A DNA stretch of 64,000 nt from Nitrospirota bacterium (lineage in GTDB: Bacteria; Nitrospirota; UBA9217), in NCBI GenBank assembly GCA_963663225.1, contig OY760142.1, positions 2,208,001-2,272,000 on the forward strand. Reading direction: 5' to 3'. Below the pieces are notes generated by a model, which saw only the letters and a list, made by a program, of their open reading frames with translations, had not been told where the DNA came from and made no database searches. This document shows positions 29,308 through 39,837 of the stretch, piece by piece. The number at the start of each line of letters is the position of its first letter. The stretch's first letter is position 1. Made by a program: the position numbers and the translations under genes.

Positions 29308-29338
29308 TGTCGGGTTTCGCTGTGCTCTACCACGACTG
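29308..29338. repeat. Degenerate REP-like element, copy 2
   Basis: TGTCGGGTTTCGCTGTGCTCTACCACGACTG. Confidence 0.55.
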
Positions 29339-29557
29339 TATCATGCAACACAACGCTAAAAGTCTATCATACTGAAGCATATTCGTAAATTGAAATTTCC
29401 TTAACAGGATAACACGCTACTGTAGTATCTTCATTAATATTGTACAATTGATAAATACACTACGACATAAATTCTACTCAATATTCTATCCGTTTAATTT
29501 ATGCACTAACTTTTTGGTTGTTTGCACCGACTGAAGAGCAGCAAAAGGGATATTTCC

Positions 29558-29585
29558 TTGACAAGAAAGGTGTTTTACGTATAAT
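29558..29585 (+). promoter_or_regulatory. Sigma-70 promoter of glyQS
   Basis: TTGACA-N16-TATAAT. Confidence 0.75.
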
Positions 29586-29619
29586 AACTATCTGTTTTTA
29601 AAATTCATTACAGGAGTTA

Positions 29620-30492
29620 TTGTTGACATTTCAAGAGCTTATACTGACTTTGCAAAATTTCTGGGCCTCAAAGGGCTGCGTTATTCAGCAGCCGTACGAT
29701 ACTGAGGTCGGAGCAGGAACATTTCATCCCGCAACCTTTCTTCGGGTCCTGGGGCCCGAGCCGTGGAGCGCGGCATACGTCCAGCCGTCCCGCAGACCGA
29801 CGGACGGCCGCTACGGTGAAAATCCGAACCGTCTGCAGCACTACTATCAGTTCCAGGTTGTTCTGAAACCCCATCCCGAAAATGTGCAAGAAATCTACCT
29901 TGAGAGTCTTGTGCAGCTGGGCATCAATCCGCTGAAGCATGATATACGTTTTGTGGAAGACGACTGGGAATCGCCGACGCTCGGAGCGTGGGGGCTCGGC
30001 TGGGAGGTCTGGCTCGACGGCATGGAAATCACGCAGTTTACCTATTTCCAGCAGGTCGGCGGCATTGACCTGAAGCCGATTACGGCCGAGTTGACGTACG
30101 GCGTGGAGCGCATTGCCATGTATCTCCAGGGAGTGAACAACGTCTACGATCTCGCGTGGACCAAAAATGTAAAGTACGGCGATGTGCACCATGAAACCGA
30201 AGTCCAGTTTTCGAAGTACAATTTCGAGCTTTCGGACAAAGAAATGCTGTTCCATCAGTTCGAATCGTACGAAAAGGAATGCGACCGTCTGGTGAAGGCG
30301 GGCGTTGTTCTTCCGGCATACGACTACTGCCTCAAGTGTTCGCATACCTTCAACCTTCTTGACGCGGCAGGAGCCATCAGCGTGACCGAGCGCACGGGCT
30401 ACATCGCGCGCGTGCGCAAACTGGCGAGGGCCTGCGCCCATGCATATCTCGCGAACCGCGAGGAAAAGGGCTTTCCGATGCTGAAAAAATAA
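29620..30492 (+). CDS. glyQ: Glycine--tRNA ligase alpha subunit
   Basis: [49 protein letters not shown]. Confidence 0.98.
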   Translation: MLTFQELILTLQNFWASKGCVIQQPYDTEVGAGTFHPATFLRVLGPEPWSAAYVQPSRRPTDGRYGENPNRLQHYYQFQVVLKPHPENVQEIYLESLVQLGINPLKHDIRFVEDDWESPTLGAWGLGWEVWLDGMEITQFTYFQQVGGIDLKPITAELTYGVERIAMYLQGVNNVYDLAWTKNVKYGDVHHETEVQFSKYNFELSDKEMLFHQFESYEKECDRLVKAGVVLPAYDYCLKCSHTFNLLDAAGAISVTERTGYIARVRKLARACAHAYLANREEKGFPMLKK

Positions 30493-30568
30493 TTATTCTT
30501 TGCTGTAATGGGCACATCGTTTTTTGCGGTTGTCCGCCGTTACTATTTCTGGTTGTCAGGAGTTGTCT

Positions 30569-32653
30569 TTGTCAAAAGAATTTGTATTAGAGATTGGTAC
30601 CGAAGAAATTCCCTCCCGGTTTCTGAATCCGGCAATTGAGAAAATGCAGGAGCTGTTCGTCGCGCTTCTCGCCTCCGGCAGAATCGCCTCGTTCGGAGAG
30701 ATCAAGGCCTATGCCACTCCCCGCCGTCTTGCTCTGCATGCCCCCGAACTGGCCGAAAGCCAGGCAGACATTTCAAAGGAAGTGATCGGGCCTCCCAAAA
30801 AAGTCGCATACGATGCCGGAGGCAAGCCCACCAAAGCCGCCCTGGTTTTTGCTGAAAAGAACAAAGTGAGCGTGGACGCTCTTACCATCAAGGCCACGGA
30901 CAAGGGTGAATACCTTGTGGCAAAGGTGGACGAGCGGGGTGGTGATACGGCTGACTGGCTCAAACAAATGCTGCCCGGCTACATCCTGTCGATCCCGTTC
31001 CAGAAAACCATGCGCTGGATGGACAAGGACATTCGGTTTGCGCGGCCCATTCACTGGCTCCTTGCCGTGTGGGGAGGGGCGGTTATCGATTTCGAACTGA
31101 ACGGCATCAAAAGCAGCAATCTTTCGCGCGGCCACCGGTTTATGAGTCCCGGCGCATTCCTGGTCAAGGATTTCAAATCGTATCTTTCCCAGACGGAACC
31201 GAATTATATCACCGTCGACCCCGAAGTCCGCAAACAGCGGATCATAAAGCAGACGCAGGAGCTCGCGAAAGCAAAAAACGGCGTGGTGCTGGACGATCCG
31301 GGCCTGGTCGAGGAAACGGCGAATCTTGTGGAATATCCGGTGGCTGTGCTGGGGACCATTGACAAGGAATACCTCCGTATCCCCAAGGAAATACTGATCA
31401 CCGCCATGCGCGAGCATCAGCGGTATTTCAGCGTGGTTTCAGCGAACGATGGCGCGCTCCTGCCGTACTTTATCACCATCAGCAACACCCGCGCCCAGGA
31501 CATGGACGTCATCCAGGCGGGAAATGAGCGTGTGCTTGCCGCACGGCTTTCGGATGCCGCATACTTTTTCGACCATGATATAAAACAGCCGCTCGAAAGC
31601 AGGGTAGAGGGGCTCAAAAAAGTCACCTATCAGGAAAAACTCGGATCGCTGTTTGACAAAACCGAACGGGTAAAGAAAATGGCAGTGCATCTTGCCGGCC
31701 TTTTGAATGCCGACGCCTCAATTTCGGAACGCGCCGCTACCCTCTGCAAGGCGGACTTGATCACCGGAGTGGTGGGAGAGTTCCCCAAACTCCAGGGCGT
31801 CATGGGCAGGCAGTACGCGCTCCTTTCCGGAGAAGATCCGAAGACCGCGGACGCGGTCCTTGAACATTATCTGCCCCGGTTCGCCGGCGATACCCTGCCC
31901 GCGACACGGGAAGGCATGTGCGTGGGGATCGCAGACCGGATCGACACGATCGCCGGCTGTTTTTCGGTCGGGCTCATTCCGAGCGGATCAGAGGATCCGT
32001 ACGGCCTCCGCAGACAGTCCGTCGCCATTCTGAACATGCTGTTCGAGCAGGGCCAGCGGTTGTCGCTCGATGCCCTGATTGCGGAGGCATGCAAGACATA
32101 CGGTCTGGGAAAAAGTGATACACTGAAAGTAAAAACCGAAGTCCTCTCGTTCTTTGCGCAGCGGCTTGCCGGAATGCTTGCCTCCGAGGGACTTCGCTCG
32201 GATGTGGTGGATGCGGCGCTGTCCGTGGAATTCGATGATCCATTGATCGCGCGGGAAAAGGTGAAAGCGCTTGACGCGCTCAGGACGTCGGAGGATTATC
32301 AGCCTCTTGTTACCGCGCTGAAGCGGGCGGGCAATATTCTGCCGAAAGAATTTGAGGGCGCGGTGAAGAAGAGTCTTCTGAAACTGGACGCCGAGAAGGG
32401 GCTGTTTGCGGCCTATACCGAGATTGAAGGCCTTGTCAGAAAGAAAACGGCGGCGCTTGATTTCCGGGGAGCTCTTGCCGATATCGCGTCGCTCCGGAAA
32501 CCGGTTGATGCATTTTTTGAAACAGTCATGGTAATGGACAAGGACCCGGATGTGAAGGCGAACCGGCTCGCGCTTCTTGCCGCGATTACCGGTCTTTTTT
32601 CGCAGATTGCCGATTTTTCACGACTGGTTTTGAGCACCGAAGAAAAAGCATAA
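30569..32653 (+). CDS. glyS: Glycine--tRNA ligase beta subunit
   Basis: LEIGTEEIP, TPRRL, FARPIHW, GSEDPYGLRR, NRLALL; TTG 30569 follows an AGGAG RBS. Confidence 0.96.
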   Translation: MSKEFVLEIGTEEIPSRFLNPAIEKMQELFVALLASGRIASFGEIKAYATPRRLALHAPELAESQADISKEVIGPPKKVAYDAGGKPTKAALVFAEKNKVSVDALTIKATDKGEYLVAKVDERGGDTADWLKQMLPGYILSIPFQKTMRWMDKDIRFARPIHWLLAVWGGAVIDFELNGIKSSNLSRGHRFMSPGAFLVKDFKSYLSQTEPNYITVDPEVRKQRIIKQTQELAKAKNGVVLDDPGLVEETANLVEYPVAVLGTIDKEYLRIPKEILITAMREHQRYFSVVSANDGALLPYFITISNTRAQDMDVIQAGNERVLAARLSDAAYFFDHDIKQPLESRVEGLKKVTYQEKLGSLFDKTERVKKMAVHLAGLLNADASISERAATLCKADLITGVVGEFPKLQGVMGRQYALLSGEDPKTADAVLEHYLPRFAGDTLPATREGMCVGIADRIDTIAGCFSVGLIPSGSEDPYGLRRQSVAILNMLFEQGQRLSLDALIAEACKTYGLGKSDTLKVKTEVLSFFAQRLAGMLASEGLRSDVVDAALSVEFDDPLIAREKVKALDALRTSEDYQPLVTALKRAGNILPKEFEGAVKKSLLKLDAEKGLFAAYTEIEGLVRKKTAALDFRGALADIASLRKPVDAFFETVMVMDKDPDVKANRLALLAAITGLFSQIADFSRLVLSTEEKA

Positions 32654-32728
32654 GCACCTCTTTGCGGAGCGCGCGTTATGGATATTGTAAAAGTGTTTAA
32701 ACAGTTTTTTTCAAGGGAGGATCGCTCT

Positions 32729-35413
32729 ATGGGTATGGAGAAAAAATATATTTACTTCTTTGGCAGCGGCAAGGCGGACGGATCAGGCGGGATGAAAGAC
32801 CTGCTCGGCGGCAAGGGCGCCGGCCTCGCTGAGATGACGAATGCCGGCGTGCCGGTTCCTCCCGGTTTTACCATTACCACCGAAGTTTGCAACCTGTTCT
32901 ATGATCTTGGCAAACGCGTCCCTGACGGTCTGGATGATGCGATGCGCGAGTACATGCGCAAGATGGAAGACGCGCTGGGCGGCAGCTACCGATTTGCCGA
33001 CCCGGACCGCCCTTTGCTGGTTTCGGTGCGGTCGGGGTCTAAGTTCTCCATGCCCGGCATGATGGACACGGTTTTGAACCTCGGACTGAACGACACAACC
33101 GTCCAGGGACTCATCCGGCTGTCGAACAACGAGCGGTTTGCCTGGGACGCCTACCGGCGTTTTATTCAGATGTTCGGCAACGTGGTCATGAACATCGAGA
33201 AGGAAGTTTTTGAACATATTATTAACGACGTAAAGAAAAAAAAGAAGGTGAAGCTTGATCTTGCTTTGACTGCCGAAGACCTTGCCGGACTTGTAGACAA
33301 GTTTAAAGCCAAAGTGCGGCAGGTCGCGAAACGTGATTTTCCTCAGGATCCGTGGGAGCAGCTTGCCATGGCACGCGACGCGGTGTTCGGTTCCTGGAAC
33401 AATCCCCGCGCCATCACCTACCGGAAGCTGAACGATATTCCCGGCAACCTCGGCACGGCGGTGAACATCCAGGCGATGGTTTTCGGCAACATGGGAGACA
33501 ATTCGGCAACCGGTGTCGGCTTCACCCGGAACCCTTCAACCGGCGCCAAGGAATTCTACGGGGAGTATCTTACCAATGCCCAGGGTGAAGACGTTGTGGC
33601 GGGTATCCGCACCCCGCATCCCATCACGGACCTCGAAAAAGAAATGCCGCAGGTATACCAGCAGCTGCGCGGGATAACCGGGAGGCTTGAGCAGCATTAC
33701 CGCGATGTCCAGGACTTCGAATTCACCGTCCAGGAAGGCGTTTTGTATATGCTCCAGACCCGGACCGGAAAGCGCACCGCTTCCGCGGCGGTCAAGATTG
33801 CCGTGGACATGGTGTCTGAAGGGCTCATTTCCAGGGAGGAAGCCGTGCTGCGTGTCGAGCCCGCGTCTCTGGACCAGCTTCTGCACCCCATTATCGACTC
33901 CAAGGCGAGAATCAAGGTCATTGCCAGGGGGCTTCCGGCATCGCCCGGAGCTGCATCCGGAATAGTGGTATTCACCGCCGATGAAGCGGTAAAACAGTCA
34001 TTGACCAACAAAGTAATCCTTGTCCGCCCCGAAACCACGCCGGATGACATTCACGGCATGGATGCGGCAAAAGGAATTCTGACCGCCCGTGGCGGCATGA
34101 CCTCTCACGCTGCGGTCGTCGCGCGGGGCATGGGAAAACCCTGCGTATCGGGCTGCGAGTCCATTCGGGTCGATCTCAAAAACCAAAAGTTTACCATCGG
34201 ACGCCTGACCGTAAAAGCGGGAGAATATATTACCGTGGACGGAGGCACGGGCAGGGTCATGCTCGGGAAGGTGGCCACAGTCGACCCGGCAGTGAGCGGT
34301 GATTTCTCCACACTCATGAAATGGGCCGATGAGTTCCGTGCCCTGGGAGTCCGGGCCAATGCGGATACGCCGCGTGATGCCAAAACGGCAAAAAAATTCG
34401 GCGCTGAAGGCATCGGACTGTGCCGTACCGAGCATATGTTTTTTGCGGAAGACCGGATCCCCATTGTGCAGCAGATGATCATGTCCAGCACGGTGGAAGA
34501 CCGCGAGGACGCGCTTGTCAAGCTTCTTCCCATGCAGCGTTCGGATTTCAAGGGCCTCTTCGAAACCATGGACGGCCTGCCGGTTACCATCCGTCTTCTG
34601 GACCCGCCGCTGCATGAATTTCTGCCCAGCCGGGAAGAGCTTATGGTTGAAGTCGCCGTGATGAAGGCGAAAAAAACCCCCAAGGCGGTTATAGCGAAAA
34701 AAGAAAAGATTCTCCGGCGTGTGGAAGAGCTGCACGAATTCAACCCCATGCTTGGTTTGCGCGGATGCAGGCTTGGCATCATATATGCCGAGATCACCCG
34801 CATGCAGACGCGCGCCATCATCGAAGCCGCGTGCGATGTCGCCAAGCGCGGGAAGCAGGTGAAGCCGGAAATCATGGTCCCTCTTGTCGGAATCAGTCTG
34901 GAACTTTCGAACCAGAAGTCTATTATCGATGCCATAGCGCAGGAAGTGATGCAGAAGAAGGGCGTTCAGGTGGAGTATACCATCGGGACCATGATTGAGC
35001 TTCCCCGCGCTGCACTTATTGCCGATGAGATAGCGAGGGAGGCCGAGTTTTTCTCCTTCGGAACCAATGATCTGACCCAGACCACGTTCGGCTTCAGCCG
35101 CGACGATGCAGGCAAGTTTATCAACTATTACCTTGACAACGGCATTCTGGAGAAAGATCCTTTCCGGACCATGGACGACAAGGGAGTGGGGCAGCTCGTC
35201 AAGATGGGAATCGAGAAGGGTCGCTCCACACGCCCGAACCTGAAAGTCGGCATCTGCGGAGAGCATGGCGGCGATCCGGCGAGTGTTGAACAGTGCCACT
35301 GTCTCGGCCTTACCTATGTCAGTTGTTCTCCCTACCGCGTTCCGATTGCGCGTCTTTCTGCGGCCCACGCGAAACTGAAAGAAAAGGGCATAGGCGGTAC
35401 GGTGACGAAATAA
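32729..35413 (+). CDS. ppdK: Pyruvate, phosphate dikinase
   Basis: LLGGKGAGLAEM, SMPGMMDTVLNLG, GGMTSHAAVVARG, FSFGTNDLTQ, GICGEHGGDP; RBS GGGAGG before ATG 32729. Confidence 0.98.
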   Translation: MGMEKKYIYFFGSGKADGSGGMKDLLGGKGAGLAEMTNAGVPVPPGFTITTEVCNLFYDLGKRVPDGLDDAMREYMRKMEDALGGSYRFADPDRPLLVSVRSGSKFSMPGMMDTVLNLGLNDTTVQGLIRLSNNERFAWDAYRRFIQMFGNVVMNIEKEVFEHIINDVKKKKKVKLDLALTAEDLAGLVDKFKAKVRQVAKRDFPQDPWEQLAMARDAVFGSWNNPRAITYRKLNDIPGNLGTAVNIQAMVFGNMGDNSATGVGFTRNPSTGAKEFYGEYLTNAQGEDVVAGIRTPHPITDLEKEMPQVYQQLRGITGRLEQHYRDVQDFEFTVQEGVLYMLQTRTGKRTASAAVKIAVDMVSEGLISREEAVLRVEPASLDQLLHPIIDSKARIKVIARGLPASPGAASGIVVFTADEAVKQSLTNKVILVRPETTPDDIHGMDAAKGILTARGGMTSHAAVVARGMGKPCVSGCESIRVDLKNQKFTIGRLTVKAGEYITVDGGTGRVMLGKVATVDPAVSGDFSTLMKWADEFRALGVRANADTPRDAKTAKKFGAEGIGLCRTEHMFFAEDRIPIVQQMIMSSTVEDREDALVKLLPMQRSDFKGLFETMDGLPVTIRLLDPPLHEFLPSREELMVEVAVMKAKKTPKAVIAKKEKILRRVEELHEFNPMLGLRGCRLGIIYAEITRMQTRAIIEAACDVAKRGKQVKPEIMVPLVGISLELSNQKSIIDAIAQEVMQKKGVQVEYTIGTMIELPRAALIADEIAREAEFFSFGTNDLTQTTFGFSRDDAGKFINYYLDNGILEKDPFRTMDDKGVGQLVKMGIEKGRSTRPNLKVGICGEHGGDPASVEQCHCLGLTYVSCSPYRVPIARLSAAHAKLKEKGIGGTVTK

Positions 35414-35432
35414 CAGAGCTTGAACACAGAAT

Positions 35433-35461
35433 AAGGGCGGCGTAAGCCGCCCTTCCTGTTT
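35433..35461 (+). terminator. GC-rich hairpin after ppdK
   Basis: AAGGGCGGC-GTAA-GCCGCCCTT followed by CCTGTTT. Confidence 0.6.
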
Positions 35462-35525
35462 GCGGAACACGCAGTTTTTGCGGTTGCTGTACGGCACACA
35501 GGTTCTTTCCGGAAGGAGAAAAACG

Positions 35526-35849
35526 ATGGGATGGTTTTATCTGTTCTGGGCCATTATTTTTGAAGTATCGGGAACTACGTGCATGAAGCTGTCGCAAGGT
35601 TTTACCAAAATCCTGCCGTCCATCTTGATGTTTGTTTTTTACGCTCTCAGCTTTGTCTTTCTGACGTTTGTTCTCAAAAAAATCAACGTGAGTGTTGCCT
35701 ACGCAGTGTGGTCCGGTCTGGGGACCGCATTGATCGCCGTCATCGGCGCCATCTGGTTTAAGGAGCCCGTGCATGCAATAAAAATAGCCTCAATAGGGCT
35801 GATTATTCTGGGAGTAGTCGGCCTGAATCTGGTCGGTGAAATGCATTAG
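35526..35849 (+). CDS. SMR family multidrug efflux transporter (EmrE/QacE-like)
   Basis: AIIFEVSGTTCMKLSQGF, VAYAVWSGLG; RBS AAGGAG before ATG 35526. Confidence 0.9.
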   Translation: MGWFYLFWAIIFEVSGTTCMKLSQGFTKILPSILMFVFYALSFVFLTFVLKKINVSVAYAVWSGLGTALIAVIGAIWFKEPVHAIKIASIGLIILGVVGLNLVGEMH

Positions 35850-35869
35850 CGCAGGTAGAGGAGAGCACA

Positions 35870-36574
35870 ATGGATGATGCCATGCAGAAAAACGATCTCG
35901 AAGACCGTCTCCAAAAAGTTGAAAAACAGCTTGCCCGCATGGAGTCGAGTCAGACTGCCGTGGAAGTTCCCATGCTGCATCCGGCGCTGCTTTTTGCGCT
36001 CTCGGTGATATCCGTTTTTCTGGGCTATTTGGCGGTGGGATATCCGCAGCATCTGTATCAGTTTCTGTTCAGCGGTTTGCTGCTTCTTCTCTTGTATCAT
36101 CGCGGTTTTCTGCGCATGGCGCGTGGATACTGGCGCTGGCCGCAGGTCGCGCTGAATTTTCTCCTGCTGTGCCTTTTTTTTAAATTTCTGATCGGAGGCG
36201 GGGTGACGTTTCCGTTTGACTGGCTCAAACTGCCGGTGATCACGAAAAGTCCGCCTCCTGCAGACCCTTCGTGGTATTCTTCCTTTATTCCCGATTATAC
36301 GGTCCAATGGCAGGGAATTCCAAAAATCTCGGATTGGAGCATCGATATCACGAAGCTGCAAACCATCTTTCTGCTCGCAACATTTGCAGGAATGCTGTTT
36401 CGGTTCGAGCCGTTCACTTCTATTACGGCCATGACCCTTCTGGTCATTTCGGTTCCCGCCTATTTGCATTACAACTGGGACTGGATGGTCTTGTTTCTTA
36501 TCGTCGGCGCGGTTTCGCTCTATCTCCAGTCGGGGTCGAGGGCTGCTTCCCGAATGCTTTCAAACAGTATGTGA
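35870..36574 (+). CDS. Hypothetical membrane protein
   Basis: N-terminal coiled coil followed by multiple TM segments. Confidence 0.65.
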   Translation: MDDAMQKNDLEDRLQKVEKQLARMESSQTAVEVPMLHPALLFALSVISVFLGYLAVGYPQHLYQFLFSGLLLLLLYHRGFLRMARGYWRWPQVALNFLLLCLFFKFLIGGGVTFPFDWLKLPVITKSPPPADPSWYSSFIPDYTVQWQGIPKISDWSIDITKLQTIFLLATFAGMLFRFEPFTSITAMTLLVISVPAYLHYNWDWMVLFLIVGAVSLYLQSGSRAASRMLSNSM

Positions 36575-36674
36575 TACTTGATTAATCCATGGGTCGCTGC
36601 GGCGGTCGACACTCTAGTGCTCTGTTGTCATGCCGGAATATTCTGGTGCATGGGCCGGCGGACAGGAGGTACGT

Positions 36675-37220
36675 ATGCCAAAAGTTGCGATGATTCTTGC
36701 GGATGGATTTGAAGAAGTTGAAGCGATGGCCATCGTGGATGTTCTGCGGCGGGCCGGGATCGAAACAGTCATGGCGGGCCTGCACGACGGCCCGATTACC
36801 GGCAGCCGGAAGGTGCGCGTACTCTCCGATGCCCTGATTGATGCGGTACAGTCCGATGACTTTGATATGCTGGTCCTGCCGGGAGGACAGCCGGGAACGG
36901 ACAATATGAACGCGGATGGCCGTGTGGCAGACCTGATCAGGGACTTCTCGCGGAAGGGCAAGCTGATCGGCGCAATCTGCGCCGCCCCCATGGTTCTTGC
37001 CGATGCAGGAGTACTGCAGGGGAAGCATGCCACTTCATATCCTTCCTGCCGGGACAGGGTACACGGCGCCCTCTATGAGGAAAAAACCGTGGTCACGGAC
37101 GGAAACATTCTGACCAGCAGAGGACCCGGCACGGCGCTGCATTTCAGTCTTGCCCTTGTGGAGCGTCTTGCGGGCAGGGAGAGGGCACAAGCAATCAAAG
37201 AGGCGATGCTGGTAGTCTAG
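36675..37220 (+). CDS. DJ-1/PfpI (YajL/ThiJ) family protein
   Basis: GFEEVEA, LPGGQPG, GAICAAP, TSRGPGT; RBS AGGAGG before ATG 36675. Confidence 0.92.
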   Translation: MPKVAMILADGFEEVEAMAIVDVLRRAGIETVMAGLHDGPITGSRKVRVLSDALIDAVQSDDFDMLVLPGGQPGTDNMNADGRVADLIRDFSRKGKLIGAICAAPMVLADAGVLQGKHATSYPSCRDRVHGALYEEKTVVTDGNILTSRGPGTALHFSLALVERLAGRERAQAIKEAMLVV

Positions 37221-37394
37221 CATTCGGTTCAATACATCCGTTCCGATGTTCTGGTTCTGGATTGCAAATACGCGAAATTTCCCAAATCCGATCCAGCAGA
37301 CTGAGAACGCTGCACACGCTTCAAAGATCCCGAACGGAACCCCGATCGGGGAGACACCCTTGACAGGTTTCGCCGTCAATGATAAGGTTCATGC

Positions 37395-38897
37395 ATGCCG
37401 AAATACGGGCTCTTTTCTTATTTCCTTTCAACCATACTTTCACTTGTTTTGTTTTTGTTCAGCGCCTCCCTTGCAGCGGCCAAGTCAACCGTAGATGAAA
37501 TTAAATCGCGCGGCGTGCTGCTCTGGGGATCGGACTCCGAGGGCGGTGCGCCCTATGTGTTTCCGGACCCGAAGGCCCCCTCAAGACTCATCGGGTTTGA
37601 ACTCGATATTGCGGAAGCAGTGGCAAAAGAACTGGGCGTCAGGGCGCAACTCGTTCAAACGGCATGGGACAGCCTGATTCCGGCGCTTGAACGCGGGGAT
37701 TACGATCTGGCGATGAATGGCCTGGAGATCATTCCAGAAAGGGAAAAAAGAGTCCTTTTCTCCAGACCATACTATGTTTTTACGCTCCAACTGATGGTCC
37801 GGAATGAAGAGCAAAACATCAGAAGCATTCAGGACCTGCCGGGAAAGAAGGTAGGCACCCTTGCGGGTGCTGTCGCCCATGATATGTTGAAACAGATCGG
37901 CAACGTGGACGTCCGCTCCTATTCGGCGGCCTGGCCCTATGAAGATCTTGCCCTCGGAAGACTGGACGCTGTTTTTCTTGATACTCCCATCACGGTTTAT
38001 TATGGAAAACCGGATGCACGGCTCAAATACGCCGGTCCTCCGGAAGGGGAGGGATTTTACGGCATCGCAATCCGGAAACAAGACAGGGATCTTAAAGACG
38101 TTGTTGACAGGGTCATTGACCGGCTGCTTCGCACCGGTGAATTGAAGCGGATCTATGAAAAGTGGGGCCTGTGGGACAAGGCACAATCAAAACTTTCCTC
38201 CTACAATATGGCGACAACCGATGCGGGGCGGCAGTTTCGCTCCGAGAGTACGAACACTCCGCTGTATACGTTTTTCCCTTCGCTCCTGAAAGGAGCCGCA
38301 ATTACCGTCCTGATTTCTGCTGCGTCCATGGCGCTTGCAATGCTCTTCGGTGCTATGCTTGCCGTGGCCCGGGGATACGGACCACGGCCTGCTGGAATTG
38401 CCGCAACTGCCTATGTGGAAATTTACCGCGGTACGCCGCTTCTCATACAGCTCTTTATCCTGTACTACGGCCTGCCGAATGTCGGCATCACGCTGTCGCC
38501 GCTTGCCGCTGCCGTCATCGGTCTCGGAATGAACTACGCGGCCTATGAAGCCGAAGTTTACCGTGCGGGCATGGATGCCGTACCGCGGGGCCAGATGGAG
38601 GCCGCTCTCTCGCTCGGTATGGACCAATCTCTTGCATTGAGAAAAATAATTTTCCCCCAGGCTTTCAGGGTCAGTCTGCCTGGGGTAACGAATGATTTCA
38701 TCGCCCTGTTTAAGGATTCCTCCATTGTCTCGGTCATTGCCATGGTGGAGCTGACCAAAACATACGGCATCCTTGCGGCCACGACGCTTCGTTATTTTGA
38801 GCTTGGCGTCATCGTTGCAATTTTGTATTTCGGTATGAGCTATCCGTTGTCACTCCTCGCGAGAAGACTGGAGCGGAAATTAAAAGGCAAGCGTTAA
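37395..38897 (+). CDS. Polar amino acid ABC transporter, fused substrate-binding protein and permease
   Basis: SBP family 3 N-terminal half; YVEIYRGTPLLIQL, AAYEAEVYRAG, GQMEAALSLGM, KDSS. Confidence 0.9.
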   Translation: MPKYGLFSYFLSTILSLVLFLFSASLAAAKSTVDEIKSRGVLLWGSDSEGGAPYVFPDPKAPSRLIGFELDIAEAVAKELGVRAQLVQTAWDSLIPALERGDYDLAMNGLEIIPEREKRVLFSRPYYVFTLQLMVRNEEQNIRSIQDLPGKKVGTLAGAVAHDMLKQIGNVDVRSYSAAWPYEDLALGRLDAVFLDTPITVYYGKPDARLKYAGPPEGEGFYGIAIRKQDRDLKDVVDRVIDRLLRTGELKRIYEKWGLWDKAQSKLSSYNMATTDAGRQFRSESTNTPLYTFFPSLLKGAAITVLISAASMALAMLFGAMLAVARGYGPRPAGIAATAYVEIYRGTPLLIQLFILYYGLPNVGITLSPLAAAVIGLGMNYAAYEAEVYRAGMDAVPRGQMEAALSLGMDQSLALRKIIFPQAFRVSLPGVTNDFIALFKDSSIVSVIAMVELTKTYGILAATTLRYFELGVIVAILYFGMSYPLSLLARRLERKLKGKR

Positions 38898-38954
38898 AAA
38901 AGAGCATGTGTACAAGCACAGAATGGGCTTAATCCATCGCACAAGAAGATACGT

Positions 38955-39728
38955 ATGATTACCGTCAGCAACCTTCACAAGTCATTCGGAGAGCATCGGC
39001 TGTTTAAAGGGATCAGCCTCGATATTTCCCGCGGAGAGGTTGTCGTTCTGATCGGCCCTTCAGGCAGCGGCAAGAGCACGTTTTTGCGGTGCATCAACGG
39101 GCTTGAAACCTTTGACCAGGGCGAAATCGACATCGACTCGATAGCCCTGCATTCCATCAACCGGTCGGCGCCGTCTCGAAGAGACCGCGAAGCCATCAGG
39201 CAGGTCAGATTGAAAGTGGGGATGGTATTTCAGCAGTTTAACCTTTTCCCTCATCTGACGGTGATGGAGAATATTATAGAAGCGCCCGTGAATGTGCATG
39301 GCATTGACCGGGCAACAGCCGAAGCGGAAGCGCTTGTATTTCTGCACAGAGTCAATCTGGAGAAAAAAGCGGGGAGCATGCCGGAAACTCTTTCCGGCGG
39401 AGAGCAGCAGCGCGTGGCCATCGCACGCGCCCTTGCCATGAAGCCGCAGGCAATGCTTTTTGACGAGCCCACGGCATCACTGGATCCGGAGATGGTGGGG
39501 GAGGTTCTTGCAGTCGTCAAGGACCTTGTGTGCCGGGACAACATGACCACGCTTATCGCCACGCATGAAATGAGCTTTGCCCAAGAAATCGCGGACCGCA
39601 TCATCGTTTTTGACGACGGCGACATCATTGATGCAGGCACACCGGAAGAAATTTTTCTGAACCCTCGTCACGAAAGAACCAGGTCCTTCCTCAGCAGGGT
39701 CCGCACGGGTACGATGTCCTCTCCTTGA
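38955..39728 (+). CDS. Polar amino acid ABC transporter ATP-binding protein (GlnQ-like)
   Basis: GPSGSGKST, MVFQQFNLFPH, LSGGEQQR, FDEPTASLDPE. Confidence 0.92.
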   Translation: MITVSNLHKSFGEHRLFKGISLDISRGEVVVLIGPSGSGKSTFLRCINGLETFDQGEIDIDSIALHSINRSAPSRRDREAIRQVRLKVGMVFQQFNLFPHLTVMENIIEAPVNVHGIDRATAEAEALVFLHRVNLEKKAGSMPETLSGGEQQRVAIARALAMKPQAMLFDEPTASLDPEMVGEVLAVVKDLVCRDNMTTLIATHEMSFAQEIADRIIVFDDGDIIDAGTPEEIFLNPRHERTRSFLSRVRTGTMSSP

Positions 39729-39837
39729 CGACCACGGTATGCGATGCTACACTGATTACATGGCATGAGCAGCGTGTAGTCCGCAAGCACCGGCATCCCG
39801 AAGCGGGATGTTCAGTGCGGTCCTTTCCAATGTTCTT

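Noticed and set aside
33998-35497. Long antisense ORFs (499 aa here; also 41517-42977, 29668-30441, 45996-46829)
   Set aside because: Shadow frames of well-supported GC-rich genes on the opposite strand.
35433-35525. Guanidine riboswitch ahead of the SMR transporter
   Set aside because: The hairpin loop is GTAA, there are no paired ACGR loops, and the protein looks EmrE/Qac-like; read as the ppdK terminator.
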